Shown here piece after piece: positions 18,971 to 28,337 of a stretch of 64,000 nt of DNA. The notes below the pieces were generated by a model that was given only the letters and a program-made list of their open reading frames with translations, was not told where the DNA came from and did no database searches. Source of the DNA: Candidatus Sulfotelmatobacter sp. (GTDB lineage Bacteria > Acidobacteriota > Terriglobia > Terriglobales > Acidobacteriaceae); NCBI GenBank assembly GCA_049519055.1, contig JBEKRE010000007.1, positions 21,339 through 85,338 on the forward strand. The letters are read 5' to 3'. The stretch's first letter is position 1. Each line of letters starts with the position of its first letter. A program made the translations under genes and the position numbers.

Positions 18971-20725
18971 ATGAAAAAGAGCATCAGCCTGCGGGGATTC
19001 TCGGCATATCGCCTGTGGTCCCAACTGCCGAGTCTCGAGACTTCGCATCTGCCCGATGTCATTATGTTCGCGGCGGGGATCGCGCTTTTTTATGGAGTGG
19101 TGACGGTTGGTCGCGGGTGGTTCGGTCCTTTCACGCCTTCGGTAGAGATTTCTCGCAGCCTGCGGGCGCTCCCAGCTTATGCCGGTTATTCGCTGTTGCG
19201 CATCACCATCGCGTACGTTTTGAGCCTGGGGTTCACGCTCGTCTACGGATATGTGGCAGCCTATAACCACCGTGCCGAGCGCTTCATGATTCCGCTGCTC
19301 GACGTTCTGCAGTCGATTCCCGTGCTTAGCTTTCTTCCCGGAGTAATGCTGGCGATGGTTGCGCTATTCCCCGGGAGGCAACTGGGCGTGGAGTTAGGCG
19401 CGATCCTGCTCATCTTCACTGGTCAGGTATGGAACATGGCGTTCAGTTTTTACGCCTCGCTGAAAAGCATTCCGAACGAGATGCGGGAGGCGGCGAAGAT
19501 TTATCGCTTCAGCTGGTGGCAGCGCTTCACGCAGATGGAGTTGCCATTTTCCGCAATCGGCTTAGTTTGGAACTCCATGATGTCGGTGGCTGGCGGATGG
19601 TTCGCGCTGATGGTTTGCGAAATGTTCGTACTGGGTCCGCGCGATTTTCGTCTGCCGGGCCTGGGTTCCTATTTGCAAACCGCAGCCAGCGCCGGCGACA
19701 TGAGTTCCATCTTGTGGGGAGTGGCCACGATGATTGCCGTGATCGTTTTGCTGGATCAATTCATCTGGCGGCCGGTGATCGCGTGGGCGGAAAAATTCAA
19801 AGTGGAGCAGGTGGAAAGCACCGACAGTCCGCGCTCGTGGGTTCTCAACCTGGTTGAGCATTCCAGCGGCCTCGCGAAAATTCGGCAAAAGACACTGCAG
19901 CCGCTGGGAGAACGTCTGCTCCTGCATTTTTCGCGGAAGCATTCAGAAGAAGTGCCGGAGCAACCGGCGGCTCCGTGGCGGGAGTGGCTGGTGAGCGCGC
20001 TGGCCTTGCTGGCATCGATTGGGATTGGCTACGGCGTGGTGCGTGTAGCGATCATTCTCAGTGGCTTGCAGAAAGCTGAATTGCATCAGGCCGCTTTGGG
20101 CTTGGGCGCAACTTTCCTACGGGTCAATCTCGCCTTGTTGATCGGTACGCTGTGGACTGTCCCCGCGGGAGTGGCCATCGGCTTCAATCCTCGACTGGCG
20201 CGCATCGCTCAACCGTTGGCGCAAATTGCGGCGTCGGTTCCGGCGACCGCGTTGCTCCCTGTAATTCTGCTCGTGCTGATTCGGCTCGGCGGAGGGCTTG
20301 GGCTGGCATCGATCATCGTCCTCCTGCTGGGCACGCAGTGGTATGTTCTGTTTAATGTGATCGCCGGGGCGATGGCCATCCCGACGGACTTAAAGGAATG
20401 CTGTTCTGTATTCCAGCTGCGAGGCGTCGAGCGCTGGAAGAAGCTGATCCTTCCGGGAATTTTTCCGTATCTGGTAACAGGCCTGGTCACGGCATCTGGT
20501 GGAGCGTGGAATGCCAGCATCGTCGCCGAATACTTTCACTTCAAAGGCAAAATCTACACCACAACCGGGCTAGGGGCGACCATCAGCCAAGCCACCGATA
20601 GCGGCAACTTCGATCTGCTACTGGCCGCAACCATGATGATGGCGGCCACCGTGGTCACAATCAACCGCTTGGTCTGGCGCAAGCTCTATGCCCTGGCCGA
20701 GACTCGCTTCCGGCTTGAGACTTAG
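18971..20725 (+). CDS. ABC transporter permease, internally duplicated (two BPD-type membrane domains)
   Basis: It is a 584-aa polytopic protein with two EAA-like loops ('EAAKIYRFSWWQRFTQMELP' and 'ECCSVFQLRGVERWKKLILP'). It lies immediately downstream of the ATPase. Confidence 0.85.
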   Translation: MKKSISLRGFSAYRLWSQLPSLETSHLPDVIMFAAGIALFYGVVTVGRGWFGPFTPSVEISRSLRALPAYAGYSLLRITIAYVLSLGFTLVYGYVAAYNHRAERFMIPLLDVLQSIPVLSFLPGVMLAMVALFPGRQLGVELGAILLIFTGQVWNMAFSFYASLKSIPNEMREAAKIYRFSWWQRFTQMELPFSAIGLVWNSMMSVAGGWFALMVCEMFVLGPRDFRLPGLGSYLQTAASAGDMSSILWGVATMIAVIVLLDQFIWRPVIAWAEKFKVEQVESTDSPRSWVLNLVEHSSGLAKIRQKTLQPLGERLLLHFSRKHSEEVPEQPAAPWREWLVSALALLASIGIGYGVVRVAIILSGLQKAELHQAALGLGATFLRVNLALLIGTLWTVPAGVAIGFNPRLARIAQPLAQIAASVPATALLPVILLVLIRLGGGLGLASIIVLLLGTQWYVLFNVIAGAMAIPTDLKECCSVFQLRGVERWKKLILPGIFPYLVTGLVTASGGAWNASIVAEYFHFKGKIYTTTGLGATISQATDSGNFDLLLAATMMMAATVVTINRLVWRKLYALAETRFRLET

Positions 20726-20916
20726 AAGAGCAGTGAGCCGTGACCGGTGATCAGTCGTTCGCAATGCGCAAGATTGTTCGGCTGACCACTGAACACCGAA
20801 CAGTGGCCACTACTTAGTTACTCTCGGTTACTTTTGAGTTTCCCGAGCAGCCATATTTCATCAGCTTTTAACCTCCTCTTCATCCTGCTGCAAAACGCCT
20901 GCGCTATTCCTTTAAC

Positions 20917-22737
20917 ATGCCATCCAACCAATTGCACGGGGAAGGGACGCGGCCCGCAGTGTTGGCGCACGTTGCGGGATTTCCTGGCATTCCGGCTCTG
21001 GCAGAGAAGTTTGTTCCTGTAGAGAAAGTGCGGGAACTTTACCGCCGGGTGCAGCGATCTCCCGAAGGTTTCGGGCTGGAGAACCTGCTGGCGGAAATGC
21101 AGGTGGAACTGCGCGTCGATGCGGCTGACACGGCACGAATTCCCTCCAAGGGCCCGGTCGTCGTCGTAGCCAATCATCCATTTGGGATGCTCGATGGAGC
21201 GCTGCTTGCAGTCCTGCTGGCTCGTGTTCGTCCGGACGTGAAAGTGATGACCAACTACCTGCTGCGTGATGTGCCCGAACTGGCGCAGCACTGCATCTTC
21301 GTGGATCCTTTTGAAAGTGTCGACGCCCCACGAGCCGACAGAATTCAGACCAACCGCCGCGCGCTCTGGGAGGCGCTTATCTGGCTGCGAAATGGTGGGA
21401 TGCTGGCTGCTTTTCCGGCAGGAGAAGTTTCGCAGTGGCAGTTTCCTCAAGGACCGATTGCAGATCCGGGCTGGAACGATACAACAGTGCGTCTGATTCG
21501 ACGCACGGGCGCGACCGCCCTACCTGTTTATTTCTGCGGGCGCAACAGTGTGAGCTTCCATTTATTCGGGATGATCCATCCGCGCCTGAGAACTGCCTTC
21601 CTGCTGCAGGAATTTCTTCAGCAAGCCGGAAGAACGGTGGAAGTCCGTGTGGGCAGCGAGATTCTACATGACTCCGTCGCTGGCATCGAGGATGATCGAG
21701 AGGCAATTGAATATTTGCGCTGGCGCACTTACCTTCTGGCGCGCCGGAGCCGGACTGAGAAATCCTGGCCAGAGGCAGTGCGTTCCAAAATCGATGAGAA
21801 GGTTCAGGAACCGGTCGCTGCCGCAGAGCCAGCGCAAGCTTTGGCGGAGGAGTTGAGGCGTCTCGCCGGCGATCGCTGCCTGGTGGAGAACGCCGAGCTG
21901 GCAGTCTATCTGGTGAAAGCACAAGAGACGCCACGAATGTTGCAGGAACTGGGACGGCTGCGGGAAGTGACGTTTCGCGAAGCCGGCGAAGGCACTGGCA
22001 AACAACGGGACCGCGACCGTTTCGACAACTACTACTGGCATGTCTTGCTGTGGCATAAGACCAGACAAGAACTTGTCGGCGCTTACCGTGCAGGCAACAC
22101 AGCCGAAATTCTCGACAAACACGGAGTGAACGGACTCTACACCAGCACGCTCTTTCGTTACCATGTGCGGGTTTTCGAAAAGCTTGGTCCAGCGCTGGAG
22201 CTAGGGCGGTCTTTCATACGGCCGGAGTATCAGCGCCAATACGCTCCGCTGCTTTTGTTATGGAAAGGAATTGCGCGTTTGCTCGCGACGCAAGCCAAGA
22301 TTCCCGTATTGTTCGGCGCTGTGAGCATCAGCAACGATTACAGCAAGGCTTCTCGCGAGATGATTTACCGCTTTTTTGAAGCGCGCATGCGAGAAGATGA
22401 GTTGGCGGGGATGATCGAACCACGGCGACCCTTTCGTCCGGCTGGCCTGCGACCCTGGGATTGCCACGCCATGTTTGCCGCCTTGCGAGAGTTGGAGGAC
22501 CTTGCGCAGCCCATCGCGGATGTAGAAACCGACGGTAAAGGATTGCCCATCCTGCTGCGGCAATATGCGAAGATCGGCGGCAAGATGCTCGCCTTCAACG
22601 TGGACCGTAAGTTTTCCAATGTGCTCGATGGCCTGGTGATGGTTGACCTGCGCAAAACCGAACCGGCCGTGCTGGAACGCTACATGGGAAGAGAAGGCGC
22701 GACGGAATTCAGGCAGCACCACGGCTGCAAATCGTAA
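20917..22737 (+). CDS. fused lysophospholipid-acyltransferase-like + GNAT-type N-acyltransferase (OlsF-like aminolipid synthase candidate)
   Basis: The N-terminal half has 'VVVANHPFGMLDG' (a PlsC-type H-x-D box) and 'FPAGE'. The C-terminal half ('LREVTFREAGEGTG...DRFDNYYWHVLLW') resembles OlsB/hemolysin-like N-acyltransferases. Confidence 0.65.
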   Translation: MPSNQLHGEGTRPAVLAHVAGFPGIPALAEKFVPVEKVRELYRRVQRSPEGFGLENLLAEMQVELRVDAADTARIPSKGPVVVVANHPFGMLDGALLAVLLARVRPDVKVMTNYLLRDVPELAQHCIFVDPFESVDAPRADRIQTNRRALWEALIWLRNGGMLAAFPAGEVSQWQFPQGPIADPGWNDTTVRLIRRTGATALPVYFCGRNSVSFHLFGMIHPRLRTAFLLQEFLQQAGRTVEVRVGSEILHDSVAGIEDDREAIEYLRWRTYLLARRSRTEKSWPEAVRSKIDEKVQEPVAAAEPAQALAEELRRLAGDRCLVENAELAVYLVKAQETPRMLQELGRLREVTFREAGEGTGKQRDRDRFDNYYWHVLLWHKTRQELVGAYRAGNTAEILDKHGVNGLYTSTLFRYHVRVFEKLGPALELGRSFIRPEYQRQYAPLLLLWKGIARLLATQAKIPVLFGAVSISNDYSKASREMIYRFFEARMREDELAGMIEPRRPFRPAGLRPWDCHAMFAALRELEDLAQPIADVETDGKGLPILLRQYAKIGGKMLAFNVDRKFSNVLDGLVMVDLRKTEPAVLERYMGREGATEFRQHHGCKS

Positions 22738-22748
22738 GCCAGCAGCGA

Positions 22749-23243
22749 CTATCTTTTCGCTTTCAGCCTCGTCGCGTTTTTCGGCAATATGCAGGACTGC
22801 GCCGGGTCCTGGAGAACAACTTCTAGACTTCTTCCCAAATCCGTCAATTGTTCTGGACCCATCAACTGCTGCATACACTCGAAAAGCCGGCGTTCTTCTT
22901 TGCGGATGTGGAAGGAAAGCCTTTTTGCAAACGCAAGCAATCCTTCTGCTGACATCCGCCGAGCCTGCGCATCGGCAAACAATTCGCGAAGCGACGTATG
23001 CTCAGCGCTTAACTCTTCCACCAGTTCGAGCAACTCCGGGAAGTTACGCGCTGCGGGGAACAGGACATCCTCTTCGGCAGTGAAATGAACTCTGATTTCC
23101 CGCTCGAACTGCTGCTCAATCTCCGCCTGCCAATCTTCCACGTCTGCGTCAGGAATTGGCTGCGCACGATCGATCCGCACGCACAGAGCCAACGCTCGCT
23201 GGTGCTGGTGAGACAGAGGAATCAGACTCTTATTGCGAAGCAT
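22749..23243 (-). CDS. hemerythrin (HHE cation-binding) domain protein
   Basis: 'SHQHQRAL...', 'HFTAEEDVLFP', 'EHTSLRELF' and 'HIRKEERRLF' form the H/E-rich four-helix hemerythrin pattern. Confidence 0.7.
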   Translation of the reverse strand: MLRNKSLIPLSHQHQRALALCVRIDRAQPIPDADVEDWQAEIEQQFEREIRVHFTAEEDVLFPAARNFPELLELVEELSAEHTSLRELFADAQARRMSAEGLLAFAKRLSFHIRKEERRLFECMQQLMGPEQLTDLGRSLEVVLQDPAQSCILPKNATRLKAKR

Positions 23244-23282
23244 TGAGATCCCGCCAAAGCGCCCGAGGGTAAGAGCAAGTCA

Positions 23283-24116
23283 TCACGCCACAGTCACTGG
23301 TTCCGAATCGTCCGGTACGGCGGGACGCACCGTCAGCCAGTCGGTGCGCACGCGTTCCCACTCCTGAATCAGCATGCCATTGGCCTCGAAGAAAGTCCGA
23401 ATCCGTGCCCGCTCCCAGCCCAAGACTTCTTCGAGAATAGGCGCCAGCACTGCCAACGCGCTGCTACTAAGAACCGTGCGCTTGGCGATCTGCGAAACAT
23501 GGGGCGACTCAGAGACTGCGATCGTCAGTCCATCGCGCGCATTCAGTTGCAACATCACGTGAATATCGGAACTGCCATCCCCTGAATAAATCACGTGATC
23601 AGGCCCGGTGACGTGCTCGGCGAGTAACTGGTTGAGTACCGCTACCTTGCCGTACCCTGCCGTGGCCCGAACAATGCTGTCGATCTCGCCGGTAGGCTTA
23701 TACAGAAATTCGGTGCCGAAGATGTGATCTCTGGGGACGATACCTTCGAGAGCAGAGTGGATCACTTCCACAGGAGCGGCGGAAAGTACGTAAAAATCAA
23801 AGAAGTGTCCATCCACGCCATTTGCCAGAATCTGGTAAAGCAGCTTGATGTCACCCTTCAGGCGGATTCGCTTTCCAACTTCGTAAAGATGCTCTTTTCG
23901 CACCTTAGCTTTGAACTCGGGGTCGTGCAGCAGAAGGTACGCCAGTTCAGCTCCCTGTTGCACTAGGTTGATCTTCGCCATGCCTTTGGCTTTGCGTTCG
24001 AACTCCGCAGTAGGAATGCCGACCAACTCGGCCAGCACGTAGCCGGAGTCGTTGAAGGTGAGCGTCTGGTCAAAGTCACTTGCAAAAATGTAACGTTTCA
24101 AGAGTTTATCAGCCAT
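23283..24116 (-). CDS. HAD-superfamily (IB-like) phosphatase
   Basis: It has motif I '[10 protein letters not shown]' (DxDxT) and motif IV '[10 protein letters not shown]'. Confidence 0.7.
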   Translation of the reverse strand: MADKLLKRYIFASDFDQTLTFNDSGYVLAELVGIPTAEFERKAKGMAKINLVQQGAELAYLLLHDPEFKAKVRKEHLYEVGKRIRLKGDIKLLYQILANGVDGHFFDFYVLSAAPVEVIHSALEGIVPRDHIFGTEFLYKPTGEIDSIVRATAGYGKVAVLNQLLAEHVTGPDHVIYSGDGSSDIHVMLQLNARDGLTIAVSESPHVSQIAKRTVLSSSALAVLAPILEEVLGWERARIRTFFEANGMLIQEWERVRTDWLTVRPAVPDDSEPVTVA

Positions 24117-24372
24117 ATGACCCTTAGATTCGCGGCGAGAACAGAAGGCCCATTTAAAGAATCGATAGGAATTATAAGCCTCGCACGCTAGCCCCCTATT
24201 AACAAACGAAAAAACGAATCACAGTCGCGTAAAGCATTATCTTGAATCGAAGAACCGGGTGCTCGCCGTGCCTTTACTAAATTCCCGGACACGTCCAGAA
24301 TAGAAGTTCCGCCCACGACATGTAGGCTGAGAGTGGGGACGGGGCGAAGTCGCTAAATACACAGGAGTGATC

Positions 24373-24570
24373 ATGCTTGCATCTGGTGAACTAATTCGTT
24401 CGATGAACTACGTGGACGACATCACGACCACGTTGCGCCGCATCTGCATTGCGATTCCCGCCATGAATGTAGAGGAGCGCAAACGCTTGGCCGACAGTTT
24501 GCGCGCGGCTGGCAGTGCACTCAATGACGCGATCAAAGATCTGGAAAAAGAAAGAGTGGTGGCGCAGTAG
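24373..24570 (+). CDS. small hypothetical protein (65 aa), translationally coupled to hbd
   Basis: ATG 24373 lies 5 nt after an AGGAG at 24363-24367. Its stop TAG (24568-24570) overlaps the GTG start of the next gene by 1 nt. I recognise no family. Confidence 0.5.
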   Translation: MLASGELIRSMNYVDDITTTLRRICIAIPAMNVEERKRLADSLRAAGSALNDAIKDLEKERVVAQ

Positions 24571-25499
24571 TGGCGGAGATAAGAACCATCGCGGTGATCG
24601 GCGCCGGCATTATGGGGCGGGGCATCGCACACGCCGCCGCCCTGGGCGGCTATCGAACGATTTTGGAAGACTTGTTGCCAACAGCGCTGCGACGAGCCGA
24701 AAGCGAGATTCGGGCTAATCTCGATAAAGCCGTTGAGTTAGGAAAAGTGTCCTCGCCTGATGCCGACGCGGCTTTTCAACGGCTGGAATATGCGGAATCA
24801 GTGGATGAAGCAGCGCGCGAAGCCGATCTGGTGATTGAAGCCGTCCCAGAAGAGATGGAGTCGAAGATTGAGATTTTCACTTTGTTAGACAAGATATGCC
24901 GCCCGACCACGATACTCGCTTCGAACACCTCTTCGCTCAGCGTCACGGAGATTGCCAGCGTGACCTATCGCGCGAAGAAGTGTGTTGGGATGCACTTCTT
25001 CAATCCTGTGCACAAAATGAAGCTGCTCGAGGTGGTGCGAGCTCTGGAAACGGATGACGACACTCTCGCCACCGCCGCCGAAGTCGGCAGGCGCATGGCC
25101 AAGGAAGTTGTAGTCATTAAGGAGTCACCCGGCTTCATCACCAGCCGCATCAACGCCATGATCGGCAACGAAGCCTTCTACATGCTGCAGGAAGGGATCG
25201 CTTCCGCGGCGGACATCGATAAAGCGCTGAAGCTCGGACTGAATCATCCCATGGGACCGTTCGAGTTGGTGGATCTTGTCGGCCTCGACACGCGGTTGAA
25301 CATTCTCGAGTACCTACATAAATCGCTTGGAGAAAAATACCGTCCGGCGCCGCTGCTGGTGCAATATGTGAAAGCGGGAAGGTTGGGACGCAAGTCGGGG
25401 CGTGGAGTGTTCGAATACCCTGACGTTGCAGCGCCAGAACCCAGGACCGCCGCGCCCCTAGCCGACAAAGAGAATGCGCTCGCGGGGGCTAAGCGTTAA
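24570..25499 (+). CDS. hbd: 3-hydroxyacyl-CoA / 3-hydroxybutyryl-CoA dehydrogenase
   Basis: It has the N-terminal Rossmann motif 'IAVIGAGIMGRGIA', 'ASNTSSLS', 'HFFNPV' and the C-terminal 'GPFELVDLVGLD' block. Confidence 0.9.
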   Translation: MAEIRTIAVIGAGIMGRGIAHAAALGGYRTILEDLLPTALRRAESEIRANLDKAVELGKVSSPDADAAFQRLEYAESVDEAAREADLVIEAVPEEMESKIEIFTLLDKICRPTTILASNTSSLSVTEIASVTYRAKKCVGMHFFNPVHKMKLLEVVRALETDDDTLATAAEVGRRMAKEVVVIKESPGFITSRINAMIGNEAFYMLQEGIASAADIDKALKLGLNHPMGPFELVDLVGLDTRLNILEYLHKSLGEKYRPAPLLVQYVKAGRLGRKSGRGVFEYPDVAAPEPRTAAPLADKENALAGAKR

Positions 25500-25508
25500 A
25501 ACTGGCGA

Positions 25509-26654
25509 TCAGCGAGCAATTGACCTGCGGCCGAAAGCGAACCCGGATAAAGATTCCATCTTCTCCCCCTCGACCTCCTTACTCCCAATCAGTACGTGAA
25601 AGCTTTCGCCCATGCCTGCCGGCGTGACCAGATGCTTGAGTTGCAAGGCGACTTTCGCCCGTTCCTGCGGCACGCGGCACTCTTCAAATGCGTCGGCAAA
25701 CTGATTCGCTTCGCCAATGCCCATCAGAAATTGCGATTGGGTGATGAGTTTGTGCGTCTGCATTCCGCGCTTCTCGAGGGCAGCTGCGAGCGCGCTGAAA
25801 TTCACGTCGGACGTGATGTCCTGTTCGCCGGGAGCTTCATACGGATTGGCACTCACCGAATGCTGGCGCACGGCCTTTACTGTTCCGCGATGGCGTCCCG
25901 CGAGTTGTTCGTTGCGGGTGTAGCCGTAGTCAATTACGATCACGAATCCGCGGCTGACGCTGGCGGCAACGCGATCAATGAATTGTTGTGCCGCAAGCGG
26001 CGCTTCAACCCGCTCGCCCGGCTCAGGATGAACCGAATAGCGGTCGAGGAATTCCAATTCTTCGGAAGTAGACGGAGCCCAGGTTTCTACGAAGTGGCCG
26101 TCGCGTGCGTCGATGCGAAGAGTACCCTTGGCGCTCAGGACTTCAACCGGCAACGCATCGAAGAACTCGTTGGCGAAGATGATGGTTGGAATATCGGCGG
26201 ATGATGCTTCTTCCTGAGGATAGACCGCGGTCAGCACCGATTTTCCGGAATCGAGGCGAGACCTCAAAGTGTCGCTAATTCGTTCGCGCAAAGCCGGCGA
26301 GTTCTCAACAAGCATGTAGCGCAAGGCACAAAAGAAATCTGGAAATGTTTTTTCCGACCAACCAAACACGTCTTGCGCAAACAAGCCGCGGCCCGGCCCC
26401 AGTTCCACCAGGTCAATGCGCTCGGGCAAGCCCAGGGCCCGCCACATCCCATCGAATTGGCGAGCCAGCAATCGGCCGAAAACTGCGTGCACATCGCTCG
26501 ACGTGTAAAAGTCGCCAGCCTTGCCGAACTGCTCCGCGTTTCGAGAATAATACCCCAGCTCTGGATCGTAGAGGCAAAGCTCCATGTAGCGTGAAAAGGG
26601 GATGGGTGCTCGCTCCCGGATTTCCTGCTCGATCTTCTGGCGGAGGGGATTCAC
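25509..26654 (-). CDS. class I SAM-dependent methyltransferase, MidA/NDUFAF7-like (DUF185)
   Basis: 'PIPFSRYMELCLY.P..GYY', 'FGKAGDFYTS', 'LVELGPGRG' and 'ANEFFDALPV' are the characteristic MidA-family blocks. Confidence 0.8.
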   Translation of the reverse strand: MNPLRQKIEQEIRERAPIPFSRYMELCLYDPELGYYSRNAEQFGKAGDFYTSSDVHAVFGRLLARQFDGMWRALGLPERIDLVELGPGRGLFAQDVFGWSEKTFPDFFCALRYMLVENSPALRERISDTLRSRLDSGKSVLTAVYPQEEASSADIPTIIFANEFFDALPVEVLSAKGTLRIDARDGHFVETWAPSTSEELEFLDRYSVHPEPGERVEAPLAAQQFIDRVAASVSRGFVIVIDYGYTRNEQLAGRHRGTVKAVRQHSVSANPYEAPGEQDITSDVNFSALAAALEKRGMQTHKLITQSQFLMGIGEANQFADAFEECRVPQERAKVALQLKHLVTPAGMGESFHVLIGSKEVEGEKMESLSGFAFGRRSIAR

Positions 26655-26971
26655 AGTTCCTTCTGACGACGCTCGGCGCGGTCCTGCGGCGTGCGGACAA
26701 ACATTTCCACAAAATAATCATGTAGCGCGTCGTAGAGTTGCCGCTGGAAGTTCCATTCAAGCTGTGGGTGGTCGAGATCGCGAGGATGCAGGTCAAAGAA
26801 ATAGGTGTGCACAGGCACAGATTCGTCTTTAAAGCGGATAGTAACTTCCACGCCTTCGCCCTTGGCACGAGCGGAGAAGTTTAAAAGCGGATGCTCGTAC
26901 AAACGCAGTTGGTCGAGAACCCGGTCGAGCCGGGCGTTGGCGGTTTCGGGCATCCATGGATTGTAAGACAA
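26651..26971 (-). CDS. hypothetical protein (106 aa), coupled to the MidA-like gene
   Basis: It has a TTG start. Its stop overlaps the downstream GTG start by 4 nt (GTGA at 26651-26654). I recognise no motif. Confidence 0.5.
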   Translation of the reverse strand: MSYNPWMPETANARLDRVLDQLRLYEHPLLNFSARAKGEGVEVTIRFKDESVPVHTYFFDLHPRDLDHPQLEWNFQRQLYDALHDYFVEMFVRTPQDRAERRQKEL

Positions 26972-27067
26972 GTCACCGAGTGCGGAGTTGAAAGGATCCT
27001 TCGACTACTTTGTTGCCCCGCTTCGCGAAGCTACAACTCCGCGCAGGATGACAGGCACGGTTGAACC

Positions 27068-28306
27068 CTACTCGTAGCGCAGGGCCTCAATCGGATCCAG
27101 CCGCGCTGCCTTGATGGCGGGCAACATCCCGCTGATGATGCCGACGAAGCTCAGAATCGCCGTCGACCAAATTAGCGTGGCGCTATCAATGTAGAGATGG
27201 ATATCCCCTTCGCTGGCATCTTCAATGAATGCGCTCCAAAGGGTAAGCGAACCGACGGACCAGGAGACGAGATAAGCCAGCACTACGCCCAACAGTCCGC
27301 CGAGAGCCGTAATCACCAAAGCCTCGGCCAGGAACTGAAAAAGAATGTGCCAGCCATGCGCGCCCAGGGCCTTCTCCACGCCAATCTCGCGAGTGCGCTG
27401 CGTTACCGAAACCAGCATGATGTTCATCAGGCCCACACCGCCAATGCCCAGCGTCAGCAGACCAATAAAGCCCAGCAAAAGCTTGATGCCGACCGTGATG
27501 ACGGTGAGATCGGCGAGATCTTTTACGGCGTCGAAAACAAAGATGGCGCGATCGTCCTTGGGATTGAAGCCGTGATGAAAAGCCATCGAGTTGCGCACAG
27601 CCGTAACCATTTTGCTGTGGTCGCCTTCGTAATCCATCATGATACCGTCAAGGTAGTAGCTATTCTTTAGGTCGCTCATCGCGCTGTACGGCACATAAAC
27701 CAGCGAGTTCATATCCTCGTCGCCATTGGATATCGTGTGCCGGAGAACGGCGATTACTTTGTAGGAAATGCCATCGATCCGAATACTCTCCCCCAGCGCA
27801 TTCTGACCGGAGAAAAGTTTCTTCTTCACCGCGGACCCGATGATCGCCACGCGAGTATGGGTGAAATCTTCCCGCTCGCCGAAGAAGGTGCCTTCGCCCA
27901 CATCCAAAGCACGAATCTTCTCGTAGGTGGAGTACACGCCGTGCACGCCATAACTCGCGCTGCGCGTGCCAAACGCTATCAGAGACTGCTTGTCGACCTC
28001 CGGAGAGATACGCGTGAGCATGGGGCACTCCGCGCGAACGAACTCAAGATCGTCACGAGTCAGGCGAACCTGCACGCCCGCCTTGGTGCCTCCCGCTTGG
28101 ATCGAAGTGCGTCCCGGAAAAATCGCCACCAGGTTGCCGCCAAAAGTGCGGAAGGCGATCATCAGAGCGTTCTGGAATCCGGAACCGTAGGCCAGCAGCA
28201 ACACAACCGTGGCAATGCCCCATGCCATGCCCAGCATGGTGAGCACGGAGCGCCGCCGGTTATGTCTCAGCGCATTGAACGCTTGCTTGCCCAGTTCACC
28301 AAACAT
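27068..28306 (-). CDS. MacB/FtsX-type ABC transporter permease (no cognate ATPase adjacent)
   Basis: The start is set at 'MFGELGKQAFNALRHNRRRSVLTMLGMAWG', the typical MacB-like N-terminus. A large periplasmic domain follows, then a C-terminal FtsX 3-TM bundle ending 'AARLDPIEALRYE'. The longer ORF to 28432 overlaps the upstream gene. Confidence 0.85.
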   Translation of the reverse strand: MFGELGKQAFNALRHNRRRSVLTMLGMAWGIATVVLLLAYGSGFQNALMIAFRTFGGNLVAIFPGRTSIQAGGTKAGVQVRLTRDDLEFVRAECPMLTRISPEVDKQSLIAFGTRSASYGVHGVYSTYEKIRALDVGEGTFFGEREDFTHTRVAIIGSAVKKKLFSGQNALGESIRIDGISYKVIAVLRHTISNGDEDMNSLVYVPYSAMSDLKNSYYLDGIMMDYEGDHSKMVTAVRNSMAFHHGFNPKDDRAIFVFDAVKDLADLTVITVGIKLLLGFIGLLTLGIGGVGLMNIMLVSVTQRTREIGVEKALGAHGWHILFQFLAEALVITALGGLLGVVLAYLVSWSVGSLTLWSAFIEDASEGDIHLYIDSATLIWSTAILSFVGIISGMLPAIKAARLDPIEALRYE

Positions 28307-28337
28307 AACTTTGCCTAGCTGGTTAAGTCCCAAATCG

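Noticed and set aside
20776-20806. Interleaved stems GTTCGG/CCGAAC and CCACTG/CAGTGG after the ABC permease gene have the order of an H-type pseudoknot.
   Set aside because: The two 3' arms share a nucleotide, so loop 3 has zero length and both stems cannot form at once. There is no U-tract either. At most these are alternative weak hairpins.
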